Shown here: piece by piece, positions 17,553 through 25,279 of the stretch | Numbering within the stretch: position 1 is the stretch's first letter | How the letters are laid out: each line of letters opens with the position of its first letter | From: Candidatus Moraniibacteriota bacterium | GTDB lineage: Bacteria; Patescibacteriota; Minisyncoccia; Moranbacterales; UBA2206 | Direction: 5' to 3' | Assembly (NCBI GenBank): GCA_038203255.1 | Contig: JBBREE010000002.1 | Location: 1-57,735 of the forward strand | DNA length: 57,735 bases | Notes under the pieces: model-generated | Databases searched by the model: none | What the model was told of the DNA's origin: nothing | Seen by the model: only the letters and a program-made list of their open reading frames with translations | Translations under genes and position numbers: made by a program

Positions 17553-19004
17553 CTATTTCAGGTATTTTACCAAATGCTTGATACTTAAAAAATCTTTTTT
17601 ACCTTCAATTCCAACTAAAGTGATTGCTAAGCCATCCTCGGACAAATTTAGAGAAAAATTGGGTAAAGCTCTTGCTAAAAACCCCACTAGAAATCCTCTT
17701 CTCAATCCAACTTGGACTCCCATCATCTCGGCGACTCCTTGATCAAAGGATTCACAAAGATTCGTCAAATCCTCTCTAACGATGCCCAGGATGACCTTCT
17801 CTTTTTGGGATTTCTCATATTTCTGGGATTTTATTTCATTAAGTAGCTTCTCTTCCTCTGGACTGATTAGAACAGAAGGAGAAATATTTTCTTCTTTTTT
17901 CAGCGTGGCTGTTTTCTTGACGAACCTCAACTCAACAATCTTTTTATGCTCATTAGGTTTAGGTTTGTGAGCATTAGTAGTCGACTCCAGGGCGATATTC
18001 TCAGAAGGAGTATTGAGAGTATCCATAACTTTAGGATTTTCAGTAGTTTCATTGAAATCCTTAGTTTTGGCGACTTCCTCGGCTTTGCTGGGTGTTAAAA
18101 ACCCCAGCCCGATTTTTTCAAAAAAATCATTCCTTGGGAAACCACAGGCTTTTGCTAAGTTTTCCACATGCGAAATATGCAGACGAAGCCTACCGTCAGC
18201 TAAGCGAGAAAAAACACTCTGACAAAAACCCATCGCGATGCATATCTTTACCTTGCCCATTGCGGTTATACTCAAAGCGCTGCATAAAACATCTTCTGCT
18301 ATTTCTTTCGGCACTAACTCATTCAGGATGTCACGCTTAAACCTTCCGGGAATTTTTTCTAGATCTAATTCCTCAACACTGGGACTCGGTTGATCAAGGA
18401 CTTTTCCAATTATTTCATCAGGACTTTTGCCTTCCTTCTTCTCATTAGAGACCAAAAATCCTAATCCGATTCTTTTGAAAAAATCTTCTCTTGAATGCCA
18501 ATACATATCTGCCAAATAATTAACTTGGGAGATATGTAAGCGGATTTTTCCCTCCCTTATAAGAGCGAGTTTTTCAGAGTTAAGCATTAGAATGATAATT
18601 AATTCCTCATCAATTATCTTCGTTATTTTTCCTATTGCTTCTAGTGCATCATTGGTCATTTCCTTTGGAACCAGGTCTCTTTCTGAATATCGACCACTTT
18701 TTATTTTTGGCGGTCCCTTTAGGGGAATAGAGATTTTTTCAGAAAAGGCCTGCGCCTCTCTTTGGTGTCTGGCTAAGAACTCTGCTCCACCCTCTTTTTT
18801 TAAGGCCATGCTTAACCACTCGTCTGGAACGATACCATATTTAGTAAAATCAATCTGCTCCTTTTTACCAACTGCCCTGTCAAATACAATCCCAGTTGGC
18901 ATATCTAAAAGCCTTTGAAAACCGGATACAAATCCCGGACGTCTTTCCTCTGGAATAACTATTTCCCGATTAACATCAATATCTATCCCTTTTACCATAT
19001 TCAT
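17553..19004 (-). CDS. hypothetical protein with two tandem XRE-like helix-turn-helix modules
   Basis: 483 aa. Internal duplication: ..LALIREGKIRLHISQVNYLADMYWHSREDFFKRIGLGFL.. versus ..FSRLADGRLRLHISHVENLAKACGFPRNDFFEKIGLGFL.. The pattern resembles Cro/C1 HTH domains. Confidence 0.6.
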   Translation of the reverse strand: MNMVKGIDIDVNREIVIPEERRPGFVSGFQRLLDMPTGIVFDRAVGKKEQIDFTKYGIVPDEWLSMALKKEGGAEFLARHQREAQAFSEKISIPLKGPPKIKSGRYSERDLVPKEMTNDALEAIGKITKIIDEELIIILMLNSEKLALIREGKIRLHISQVNYLADMYWHSREDFFKRIGLGFLVSNEKKEGKSPDEIIGKVLDQPSPSVEELDLEKIPGRFKRDILNELVPKEIAEDVLCSALSITAMGKVKICIAMGFCQSVFSRLADGRLRLHISHVENLAKACGFPRNDFFEKIGLGFLTPSKAEEVAKTKDFNETTENPKVMDTLNTPSENIALESTTNAHKPKPNEHKKIVELRFVKKTATLKKEENISPSVLISPEEEKLLNEIKSQKYEKSQKEKVILGIVREDLTNLCESFDQGVAEMMGVQVGLRRGFLVGFLARALPNFSLNLSEDGLAITLVGIEGKKDFLSIKHLVKYLK

Positions 19005-19090
19005 AATCCCCTCCTCGTATTTTTTCCTAAATAATTTTTAGGCTTTCTTATAAGAAGAATAACCTTCTATTTGTTAAATGACTACTTCTA

Positions 19091-19119
19091 TATATACAGT
19101 ATTTTCGGGAAAATGTAAA
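19091..19119 (-). promoter_or_regulatory. promoter-like module TTTACA-N17-TATATA (repeat-associated) upstream of 17553..19004
   Basis: Minus strand reads tttacattttcccgaaaatactgtatata. The architecture matches 25204..25232 and 26936..26964. Confidence 0.5.
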
Positions 19120-19218
19120 CCCCACCTCACAAAAATAGAAAAGATGTCTAGTTTATTATGTATCGCGAAAAAACGGGTGGATTTTGGTGGCACATTTTGG
19201 GTGGGTAAGAATAAAAAT

Positions 19219-19242
19219 TAGAGGACTCTATAGAGTCCTCTA
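19219..19242. repeat. 24-bp perfect palindrome TAGAGGACTCTATAGAGTCCTCTA, copy 1
   Basis: Read directly; flanked by an A-run and a T-run. Confidence 0.95.
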
Positions 19243-19311
19243 TTTTTTTAGCTTAACATTTTTTTCCATTCTTATCCTAAATCTACAGAGATCTCTCTGT
19301 AGTTTCAACAC

Positions 19312-19799
19312 CTATTTATCTCCAAGCTTTTTTATTTTCTTCGGTAGCCTTTTATCCTCAGATTTTAATTTTCTTTCCAATTTCTTAACATCCTCTTCGG
19401 GCGGTAAGTCTTCGGGAATAATCCCGCCTTTGTTTGCACCGCGAAATATGTCATCGCAAACGCAATTTCGTCTTTTCTCGGATCACCATTTTGAGCGATG
19501 AGATAGCTTGCATAGCGCGTAAGTATAAAGTCGGATATTTTCTTAGTAGCTCCTTTTGGCATCGGTATCGTTTTCGTGACGTCACGAAAATGGTCAGATA
19601 ATTTTTGTTTAGCATTTTCGCAAGCAATCTTCGCCCTATTAACAGCATTCTCAAAATTTTCCCACCTCTCATAGCCTAAAAGATTTTGTAATTCCCTGGC
19701 ATACCAAAACTCGACGCCTTTTTCCTCATGCGCAAACTCTTCAAAATTTTTGTGCAATTTTATTATCGTTGTTTTTGAAAGTTTTATCTTTTGCGCCAA
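19312..19799 (-). pseudogene. dinD-like (DNA-damage-inducible protein D family) gene with internal deletion and frameshift
   Basis: The N-terminal 125 aa (GVEFWYARELQNLLGYERWENF..DHF..LTRYASYLIAQNGDPRKDEIAFAMTYFAVQT) resemble DinD. The frame then runs into a short out-of-frame tail. The +1 frame encodes GIIPEDLPPEEDVKKLERKLKSEDKRLPKKIKKLGDK*, which resembles the family C-terminus. The start codon is a non-ATG with no usable SD. Confidence 0.55.
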
Positions 19800-19931
19800 T
19801 CTCCCCTATTTCCCCTTATTCTAGCACCTCTTCCTCCCAAAAAATCTAGAAATTCAATTTGGAGAAATATACATCGCTGAAATATGTATAATATTATGTA
19901 GCGATATATAATTCTTGCTTTTGTGCGAGAG

Positions 19932-19960
19932 TTGACGCAAGGAAAAAAGTCTGCTACAAT
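19932..19960 (+). promoter_or_regulatory. sigma70-like promoter TTGACG-N17-TACAAT
   Basis: Read directly; the spacer is exactly 17 nt. Confidence 0.6.
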
Positions 19961-19966
19961 CCATGC

Positions 19967-20052
19967 ATAACTAGACATCCGGGACAAATCCCAGAGGGAA
20001 AGCCAGTGATGGCTACCGGATTTTCTGACCGAGGCGAAAGCTTCGGTTTTTT
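19967..20052 (+). ncRNA. candidate small structured RNA (about 85 nt) with its own promoter and intrinsic terminator
   Basis: P1 AUCCGG (19977..19982) pairs with CCGGAU (20016..20021). It encloses UCCC-AGA-GGGA and AGCCA-GUGA-UGGCU (a GNRA loop). Next comes the hairpin CCGAGGCGAAAGCUUCGG plus U6 (20029..20052). No + strand ORF lies downstream. The family was not recognised. Confidence 0.45.
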
Positions 20053-20056
20053 CGTT

Positions 20057-20599
20057 TTATTGCATAATGATAATAATCTTTTTTTCGAGAGTTTTGTAAT
20101 ATTTGGAAAATCTTTTATCATTCTTTTTATCGAAATATGAACGGCAGAGTCCGGCAATCATATCGGCCAATCTTACACACGCAATCTGATCATCGTTAAC
20201 AGTCCTGACTTTCCTTACAGAAACTCCCTTGTCGCGCAGGACTTTTTTAATTTTAAGACCATACCACTTGGGTTTTTTACCATCGATAAAAATATTGGAG
20301 ATGTTTCGTTCAATCGCCATATGAGAAAGAACTCTTTCTAGTTCTTTAGACGGATTAACAGGATTTTTAATAATAGCAATCTTCACTTTGAAATCCAATT
20401 TCAAAACCTCCTTTATGAATTTCTCCTTAAATTTCCAAGCAACCTCCGACCAATGAAATTTTTTAATCTTTAAACTCCTTTCGATTTCAGAGATCTTTTT
20501 TTCGACTAAATTAAATTCTTCAATCTCAACATACACCAGGGCAAAAGAAGAATGATCAACTTTTTTATGAATACCGGATTCATCAATAAAAATGTTCAT
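20057..20599 (-). CDS. DUF3800 family protein
   Basis: 180 aa; N-terminal MNIFIDESG and C-terminal VRLADMIAGL match the DUF3800 signature as I recall it. Confidence 0.7.
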   Translation of the reverse strand: MNIFIDESGIHKKVDHSSFALVYVEIEEFNLVEKKISEIERSLKIKKFHWSEVAWKFKEKFIKEVLKLDFKVKIAIIKNPVNPSKELERVLSHMAIERNISNIFIDGKKPKWYGLKIKKVLRDKGVSVRKVRTVNDDQIACVRLADMIAGLCRSYFDKKNDKRFSKYYKTLEKKIIIIMQ

Positions 20600-20628
20600 C
20601 TTTTTGTTTTTATGAATTATGATGATAT

Positions 20629-20649
20629 TATATCATCATAGCAAAAAGA
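20629..20649. promoter_or_regulatory. 21-bp palindrome ATGATGATAT-T-ATATCATCAT overlapping a TATAAT -10 upstream of DUF3800 (operator-like)
   Basis: Minus strand: TTGCAT-N16-TATAAT, with the palindrome centred on the -10. Confidence 0.5.
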
Positions 20650-20730
20650 TGCAAGTCCCCTACTGACAATCAGCGCGACGCGCGAGACAAAAAAACAACC
20701 CTCCGAAATGAAAAGTTGTTTTTGAAAGTT

Positions 20731-20901
20731 TTATTTTCTCCTCCAATCCCTAATCTCCAAAACTCCTCTCCCTTTGTCTTCAATCACCAGTTTCTGATGC
20801 TCACGCCATCCATACTTCTCTATCGCGTCTTTCGGCACGGTGATGACGTAGCTGTAGGCGCTGGTTTTTTTTAGCTTGTGAACGACTTGTTTTTTCTCCA
20901 T
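20731..20901 (-). CDS. AbrB/SpoVT/MazE-type small DNA-binding protein (56 aa; below the ORF-track cutoff)
   Basis: My own translation: MEKKQVVHKLKKTSAYSYVITVPKDAIEKYGWREHQKLVIEDKGRGVLEIRDWRRK*. The pattern YVITVPKDAIEKYGW..G.KL.I is the swapped-hairpin AbrB/MazE motif. Confidence 0.6.
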   Translation of the reverse strand: MEKKQVVHKLKKTSAYSYVITVPKDAIEKYGWREHQKLVIEDKGRGVLEIRDWRRK

Positions 20902-20929
20902 GAGATTTTTATTTAATATTTATTTTATT

Positions 20930-20953
20930 TAGAGGACTCTATAGAGTCCTCTA
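20930..20953. repeat. 24-bp perfect palindrome TAGAGGACTCTATAGAGTCCTCTA, copy 2
   Basis: Read directly; it lies 29 nt upstream of the AbrB-like start codon. Confidence 0.95.
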
Positions 20954-20987
20954 TGGGGGCCTCTATTTTTTATTCTATCCAGATTAT

Positions 20988-21023
20988 TAGACAAAAGACT
21001 AACTCTCCGCCAAGGCGGAGAGT
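20988..21023 (-). terminator. rho-independent terminator of the fibre operon
   Basis: ACTCTCCG-ccaagg-CGGAGAGT, then a T-rich tract on the minus strand. Confidence 0.6.
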
Positions 21024-21044
21024 CATTATTAAGATTTGTCTTTC

Positions 21045-22223
21045 TCATTCAGTGGGAACACCCAATGGAGAATCGGGCGTGACCACAGGTTCAGCCGGCG
21101 CGTCAGAAGACACTATGTCTTTCTCGGCGCTCACTTCCGCCGACACCTCATCTTTGTTTTCTTCTTCCTCTCCAAGCTGACTCGCATCAGAAGAAATTCC
21201 ACTGTCTGTTTTTTCATCAATCTGGCTCACAAGACTTTCCACATCGTCTGCATTTTTCCAAATATCCATAGATTCTAGAAATTTTATAGAACATTTCTTT
21301 TCATCCCCTTCTCCAAAACAGACTTCCGTATAATATTTCTTAAACTCTTTTTTCTCTTCATCTTTAGTGTTTTTTTCGCCGGGAGTCGGGACTGGCTGGG
21401 TCCAATCTCCTGTGCCGTCTTTTTCACGAGCGAAAGATCTTCCCGGTGAGGCGTCTGAATATTCATACCAATCTAACAAATCATTCTCTCCGTCCGAAAG
21501 TTCCAGAGTGTCTTTGTCTTCGTTTAAATCGCAACCAATCAGATAGACCAACAAAAATCCGTGTGGACCAATTTTGGTTTCATGCTTATTCGTATTGTCT
21601 TTACTGATTTTAAAGCTATTGCCCTTAGAAGAAGAATGTTTAATTTTCCAATCCTTTACATCAACTTCTTCCTCTCCATTGTTATACAATTCCACCCATT
21701 TATTCCCATTACCTTCCGGACACATATCTTTTTTCCAACATTGCGCCGGATTCGGCATAAATTCATTAAGCACCACTCTCCAAGTAATCGCAAACTTTTC
21801 ACTTTCCCTTTGACCTTGCAAATTATGCGAATCGGTCGCTTCAATTCTCACATGACAATCATTGGAAATTTCCGCCGGCACTGTCCAATCGTAGTGTCCC
21901 GGATCATTGGAAAATTCTTCAATCTTTTTATATTCTCCCGCCCCACACGCATATTCCAATTTCAAATCTGTTACTTTAGCCTCCGGATCACTCAATTTAA
22001 TTTTCCAGCTCAATTTTTTTTCCTCTCCCACTTGCCACGCATTGTCCCCATCAAAATCCTCAAAAGAAATGCTCGGCGTCACCCACCAGCCTGCCGAAAA
22101 ACCAGTGTTGCCCAATCCGGACGTGGCCGAAAAAAAAGAATCCGTTTCCGGCACACGGCCAACATTCAAAGCAACAGCGATGAAAAGTGACATGGCGATG
22201 ATTTTTAGGACAGATTTTTTCAT
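21045..22223 (-). CDS. secreted lamin-tail-domain (LTD) protein with SipW-type N-terminal motif and acidic C-terminal tail
   Basis: 392 aa. Signal peptide, then SFFSATSGLGNTGFSAGWW (compare TasA-type AYFSDxxxxxNxFxAG). LTD core: VLNEFMPNPA..KWVELYNNGEEEVDVKDWKI. Confidence 0.7.
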   Translation of the reverse strand: MKKSVLKIIAMSLFIAVALNVGRVPETDSFFSATSGLGNTGFSAGWWVTPSISFEDFDGDNAWQVGEEKKLSWKIKLSDPEAKVTDLKLEYACGAGEYKKIEEFSNDPGHYDWTVPAEISNDCHVRIEATDSHNLQGQRESEKFAITWRVVLNEFMPNPAQCWKKDMCPEGNGNKWVELYNNGEEEVDVKDWKIKHSSSKGNSFKISKDNTNKHETKIGPHGFLLVYLIGCDLNEDKDTLELSDGENDLLDWYEYSDASPGRSFAREKDGTGDWTQPVPTPGEKNTKDEEKKEFKKYYTEVCFGEGDEKKCSIKFLESMDIWKNADDVESLVSQIDEKTDSGISSDASQLGEEEENKDEVSAEVSAEKDIVSSDAPAEPVVTPDSPLGVPTE

Positions 22224-22232
22224 TTTTCTTTA

Positions 22233-22775
22233 TTATTCTATTGATTCATTCTCCTTTTTCTTTCTACGTTCTTCCACTTTCTTTCTGATTTCTTCCTTAA
22301 TCTTATTCAGTTCGTCGTAAATTATAATCACAGACGGCACGATGATAAGGAGGATGAGTCCGGGAGTGGTTTTAGCATATCCCACCGGATAACCGAGAAA
22401 AGGGATGGCCACCAATTCTCGCCCGATGATTTTATCCCTGGAAAAATTGGCATTATCCTGAGCATTATTGGCGTCTCCTTTGGTGTCAAAAAATGTTTGG
22501 CCATCTTTTTCCTCTTTTTTAACGATGCGATGAGTGATGGTCACCTTTGGATCAATGGTCGTGCGCGTCACCACGTCTCCGATGCCATAGTCGCCAAAAG
22601 GTTTCACAAAAATGAGGCTCCCGGTGTGAATGGTCGGCTCCATGGAACCAGACTGCACCACAAAAAGTTTATAATTTCCGGGGAAAGGCATAAAGGAGAA
22701 AATAACAAAAACGCCGAGAATAACCAAGAGTCCTAGAAGAGTATTGATTATGATTTTGAAAATTTTTGAAAACAT
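22233..22775 (-). CDS. sipW: signal peptidase I, SipW/archaeal type
   Basis: 180 aa; N-terminal TM; VVQSGSMEPTIHTGSLIFV catalytic Ser box; GDANNAQD. Confidence 0.8.
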   Translation of the reverse strand: MFSKIFKIIINTLLGLLVILGVFVIFSFMPFPGNYKLFVVQSGSMEPTIHTGSLIFVKPFGDYGIGDVVTRTTIDPKVTITHRIVKKEEKDGQTFFDTKGDANNAQDNANFSRDKIIGRELVAIPFLGYPVGYAKTTPGLILLIIVPSVIIIYDELNKIKEEIRKKVEERRKKKENESIE

Positions 22776-22844
22776 AAATTTTATCTATTATTGAAATAAT
22801 TTTCTCTATCGATTGCACCCCGTGAGATGCAATCTAAAAGGAAA

Positions 22845-23444
22845 CTAAATTTGATCAAGACCAAAAATAGTGTCAACAACTACATTAGATCCCATAATAT
22901 CATTTCCTGCTTCAGTAGGTACTGACCACTCAATTTTAACACTAGCCAATTTACCTGGGGCGCTACTATTCTCTGTATCTCCGCTCAGTTGACCAAGATC
23001 ATGAGTACTATTATTCCAAGCTGTCAGAGGGCCACTAGCGATAGCTGTATTAAAAGTTCCGTCATGATTAGAATCGAAAGACACAGTCAAATTCATATTG
23101 TGATAAAGAGGAGTGTCTTCACGCACATGAAACTTAATCGTTGCGTTAGCAGCAACATTTCCAACATTCTTAATGTCTAAAACCTGCTCGCCAAAGCTAC
23201 CTGGTCTAGCGTTCAGGTTGCCTCCGAAAGGATTTCCAAATCCATTAGTTTCGGCAAGATTAATAGTATTAACCCAGTCATATCCGGTTGGAGATGCGTT
23301 TTGATCTATCATTAGTGCCATACTATCTGTATTAGAGAATGTACTGCCCAGAACAGAACCATCCTTGTGATAAGCTGCATAAGTTGCTCCACCAGCTATG
23401 GCGGCAATAGCAACTATAAACATTAAGCTTTTTAATATTTTCAT
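22845..23444 (-). CDS. TasA/camelysin-like secreted protein (divergent paralogue)
   Basis: 199 aa; signal peptide ..AIAGGATYAAYHKDGSVLGSTFSNT, a weak SipW-type motif. Confidence 0.55.
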   Translation of the reverse strand: MKILKSLMFIVAIAAIAGGATYAAYHKDGSVLGSTFSNTDSMALMIDQNASPTGYDWVNTINLAETNGFGNPFGGNLNARPGSFGEQVLDIKNVGNVAANATIKFHVREDTPLYHNMNLTVSFDSNHDGTFNTAIASGPLTAWNNSTHDLGQLSGDTENSSAPGKLASVKIEWSVPTEAGNDIMGSNVVVDTIFGLDQI

Positions 23445-23587
23445 AATTTGTTTTTTATTTATTTAGATTAATTATTTACCCAGTTAAATTCCGTACTCGG
23501 ATTATTTAACTATGGGTTTTTGAACATTTGAGGCTGTTCAAACCTTCGATCTTTAATTTTTTGGCAAGAAAAATTTCCTTGCTCTAC

Positions 23588-23613
23588 TTGTAACGTACCA
23601 TGGTACGTTACAA
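23588..23613. repeat. 26-bp perfect palindrome TTGTAACGTACCATGGTACGTTACAA
   Basis: Read directly. The core ACGTAC-CATG-GTACGT matches the ACGTAC-N4-GTACGT sites at 45490..45505 and about 2775..2790. Confidence 0.9.
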
Positions 23614-23625
23614 AAAGAGATTGGA

Positions 23626-24246
23626 TTATCTGATTTGACTAGCCACAAATGACAAGTCAAAAGTTGCAGTTGTTCCTTGATATCCATTGCCCATATCTGT
23701 CGGCACAGTGTAATCGATAATAATCAAATCATTTTCTCCGGCAGGAATAGTAAAATTCGTAACTCCCTGATTATATTGCATCGCGCCACTGCTCATTATG
23801 TCTACCGGACCAGAAATTAAATAATTGTTGATTGCCTTACCACCGGTATTCCAATCGGGAGTAAAGTAAGCATTAGAAGAACCATTACTGTAGCCAATAA
23901 TAGAAGTTTTGATCTGACCAAGCAAATTACTGTCATTTTTAGTAACGTTAGTAGCTTGAACAGTCAAAGACCCGATGTCTAAAGTACCAGAATTATGCAG
24001 AGTAATCCACTGTCTCATTGTATCTCCAGGCTTGAGGTTCTTAAAGACAACGGGAACTTCAGTCCTTACTCCAACGCCACCACGAATATAATATGTCTCA
24101 TCACCCGTAGCTTCAACGTTAAGTGTTCCAGTTGAAAAAGTTTCTCCAGAAATAGTCGCCGTGTCACTAAAATATGCGCGAGTCGCTCCAGTAGCAATCG
24201 CACCGACGGCACAAACTACTATTAAGCTTTTAATTATATTTTTCAT
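23626..24246 (-). CDS. TasA/camelysin family protein with canonical SipW-dependent signal peptide
   Basis: 206 aa; AVGAIATGATRAYFSDTATISGETFSTGTLNVEA matches the SipW-cognate signal / TasA N-terminus. Confidence 0.75.
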   Translation of the reverse strand: MKNIIKSLIVVCAVGAIATGATRAYFSDTATISGETFSTGTLNVEATGDETYYIRGGVGVRTEVPVVFKNLKPGDTMRQWITLHNSGTLDIGSLTVQATNVTKNDSNLLGQIKTSIIGYSNGSSNAYFTPDWNTGGKAINNYLISGPVDIMSSGAMQYNQGVTNFTIPAGENDLIIIDYTVPTDMGNGYQGTTATFDLSFVASQIR

Positions 24247-24588
24247 AATTATATTTTGATTAATTTATTTTTTGATTTATTAATTAAACACCCTGCCTAA
24301 TAATCGACCTGGTTATTAGTTTTTTTGAACAAACAAAAAAGCCAGCCGTTTTTTACTATGCCAAAAAGCATAACAAAAGCCGGTTGGCTTTCTAACTCGT
24401 AAATATTCTTTTTCACCCTGAAAGAATAAGTCGGTCATCTCCATTTCTCGCAAAACAGCCCTCCTCTGCTTGCTTCTATATTTAATTTACTTTATTTAAG
24501 TATAACCTTTTGAGCGAGCAATGCAAATCAGCTTTATCCACAGCTTATTAGCAAAATCCCCCCTCCCAAAAAACCCGACAGTAAAATT

Positions 24589-24647
24589 TAGAGGACTCTA
24601 TTTATCCTGTTGAATTGGATTTTTATTCAACAGGATGGAGTCCTCTA
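24589..24647. repeat. palindrome copy 3, split by a nested 33-nt hairpin (ATCCTGTTGAAT-9 nt-ATTCAACAGGAT)
   Basis: TAGAGGACTCTA ... GAGTCCTCTA with the insert read directly. Confidence 0.9.
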
Positions 24648-24705
24648 AAATAAAAAAACGTGAAGGTTGACAGCTGTCATCCCTCACGTCAAGTACATAC
24701 TTTTC

Positions 24706-25026
24706 TCATAAGCGCAACTTTTTTCCCCATATATTGAATCTTCGTCTCAAGCCTAGGCAATGGTTGCAGGCCCTTGTTGAAACCAATTCTTTGGCGCAAC
24801 ATTTTTTATAAAAACAATCGCCACAAAAAACGGTGACACCATCAAAACCTAAGCAGAAAATCATTTTACACCGCGGGCAGAAGGATTTCTCATTGACGTG
24901 CTTAAGAGAAGGACTCATAAACTTCATACTTTCCGCTAGTCTCCGAGCCATAAAATTCAAATCGGATACCAGTTTAACTGTCCCTCCCTTCTTGAATTTA
25001 CTAGTTTTATCTTTCTCCATTGCCAT
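24706..25026 (-). CDS. Cys-rich (zinc-ribbon-like) hypothetical protein
   Basis: 106 aa; CPRC..C..CGDC..CC..CNHC; good SD (AAAGGAGAGG) before the ATG. Confidence 0.5.
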   Translation of the reverse strand: MAMEKDKTSKFKKGGTVKLVSDLNFMARRLAESMKFMSPSLKHVNEKSFCPRCKMIFCLGFDGVTVFCGDCFYKKCCAKELVSTRACNHCLGLRRRFNIWGKKLRL

Positions 25027-25203
25027 AGCCTCTCCTTTTAGTTTAACAGCTAAAAGACTGCTTTTTTATGCTTCGAGCCATCTTTTAAAAGATTCTACGA
25101 TGAGATTAATTTAAATTTGGGCGTCTAAATTACCTCCTCCCCTTAAATTTTAGTCCAAAGACCCGATAAAAAATTTCATTCTATTGTTAAAGCAACTACC
25201 TTA

Positions 25204-25232
25204 TATATAGCGCATAAAAATGGCTTTGTAAA
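25204..25232 (-). promoter_or_regulatory. promoter-like module TTTACA-N17-TATATA, part of a conserved about 30-nt repeat next to palindrome copy 4
   Basis: Minus strand: tttacaaagccatttttatgcgctatata. It is near-identical to 26936..26964. Confidence 0.55.
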
Positions 25233-25255
25233 CCTGGTGGGTTTCCACACAAAAA

Positions 25256-25279
25256 TAGAGGACTCTATAGAGTCCTCTA
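25256..25279. repeat. 24-bp perfect palindrome, copy 4 (overlaps the AbiEii stop codon)
   Basis: Read directly. Confidence 0.95.

Noticed and set aside
21561-22190. A 209-aa + strand ORF. Similar long antisense ORFs are at 49246..49908, 4031..4471, 13550..13999, 14654..15112 and 48697..49185.
   Set aside because: Each is fully embedded opposite a minus-strand gene with recognisable family motifs (LTD protein, Elp3, GT4, HD, RecQ). No SD or promoter evidence supports them.
24534-24542. Perfect DnaA-box 9-mers (TTATCCACA at 24534..24542 and its complement at 16236..16244) as a hint of a replication origin.
   Set aside because: - About 0.4 perfect 9-mers are expected by chance in a window of this size.
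- The two boxes are 8 kb apart.
- There is no cluster, no AT-rich unwinding element, and no dnaA or dnaN nearby.
24247-24705. The long (about 270-nt) 5' leader of the first TasA-like gene as a c-di-GMP or other riboswitch.
   Set aside because: I found a plausible promoter (TTGCAT-N16-TATACT) and a few small hairpins. I found none of the conserved GEMM-I/II or other riboswitch cores I can recall, so it is left unannotated pending a covariance-model scan.
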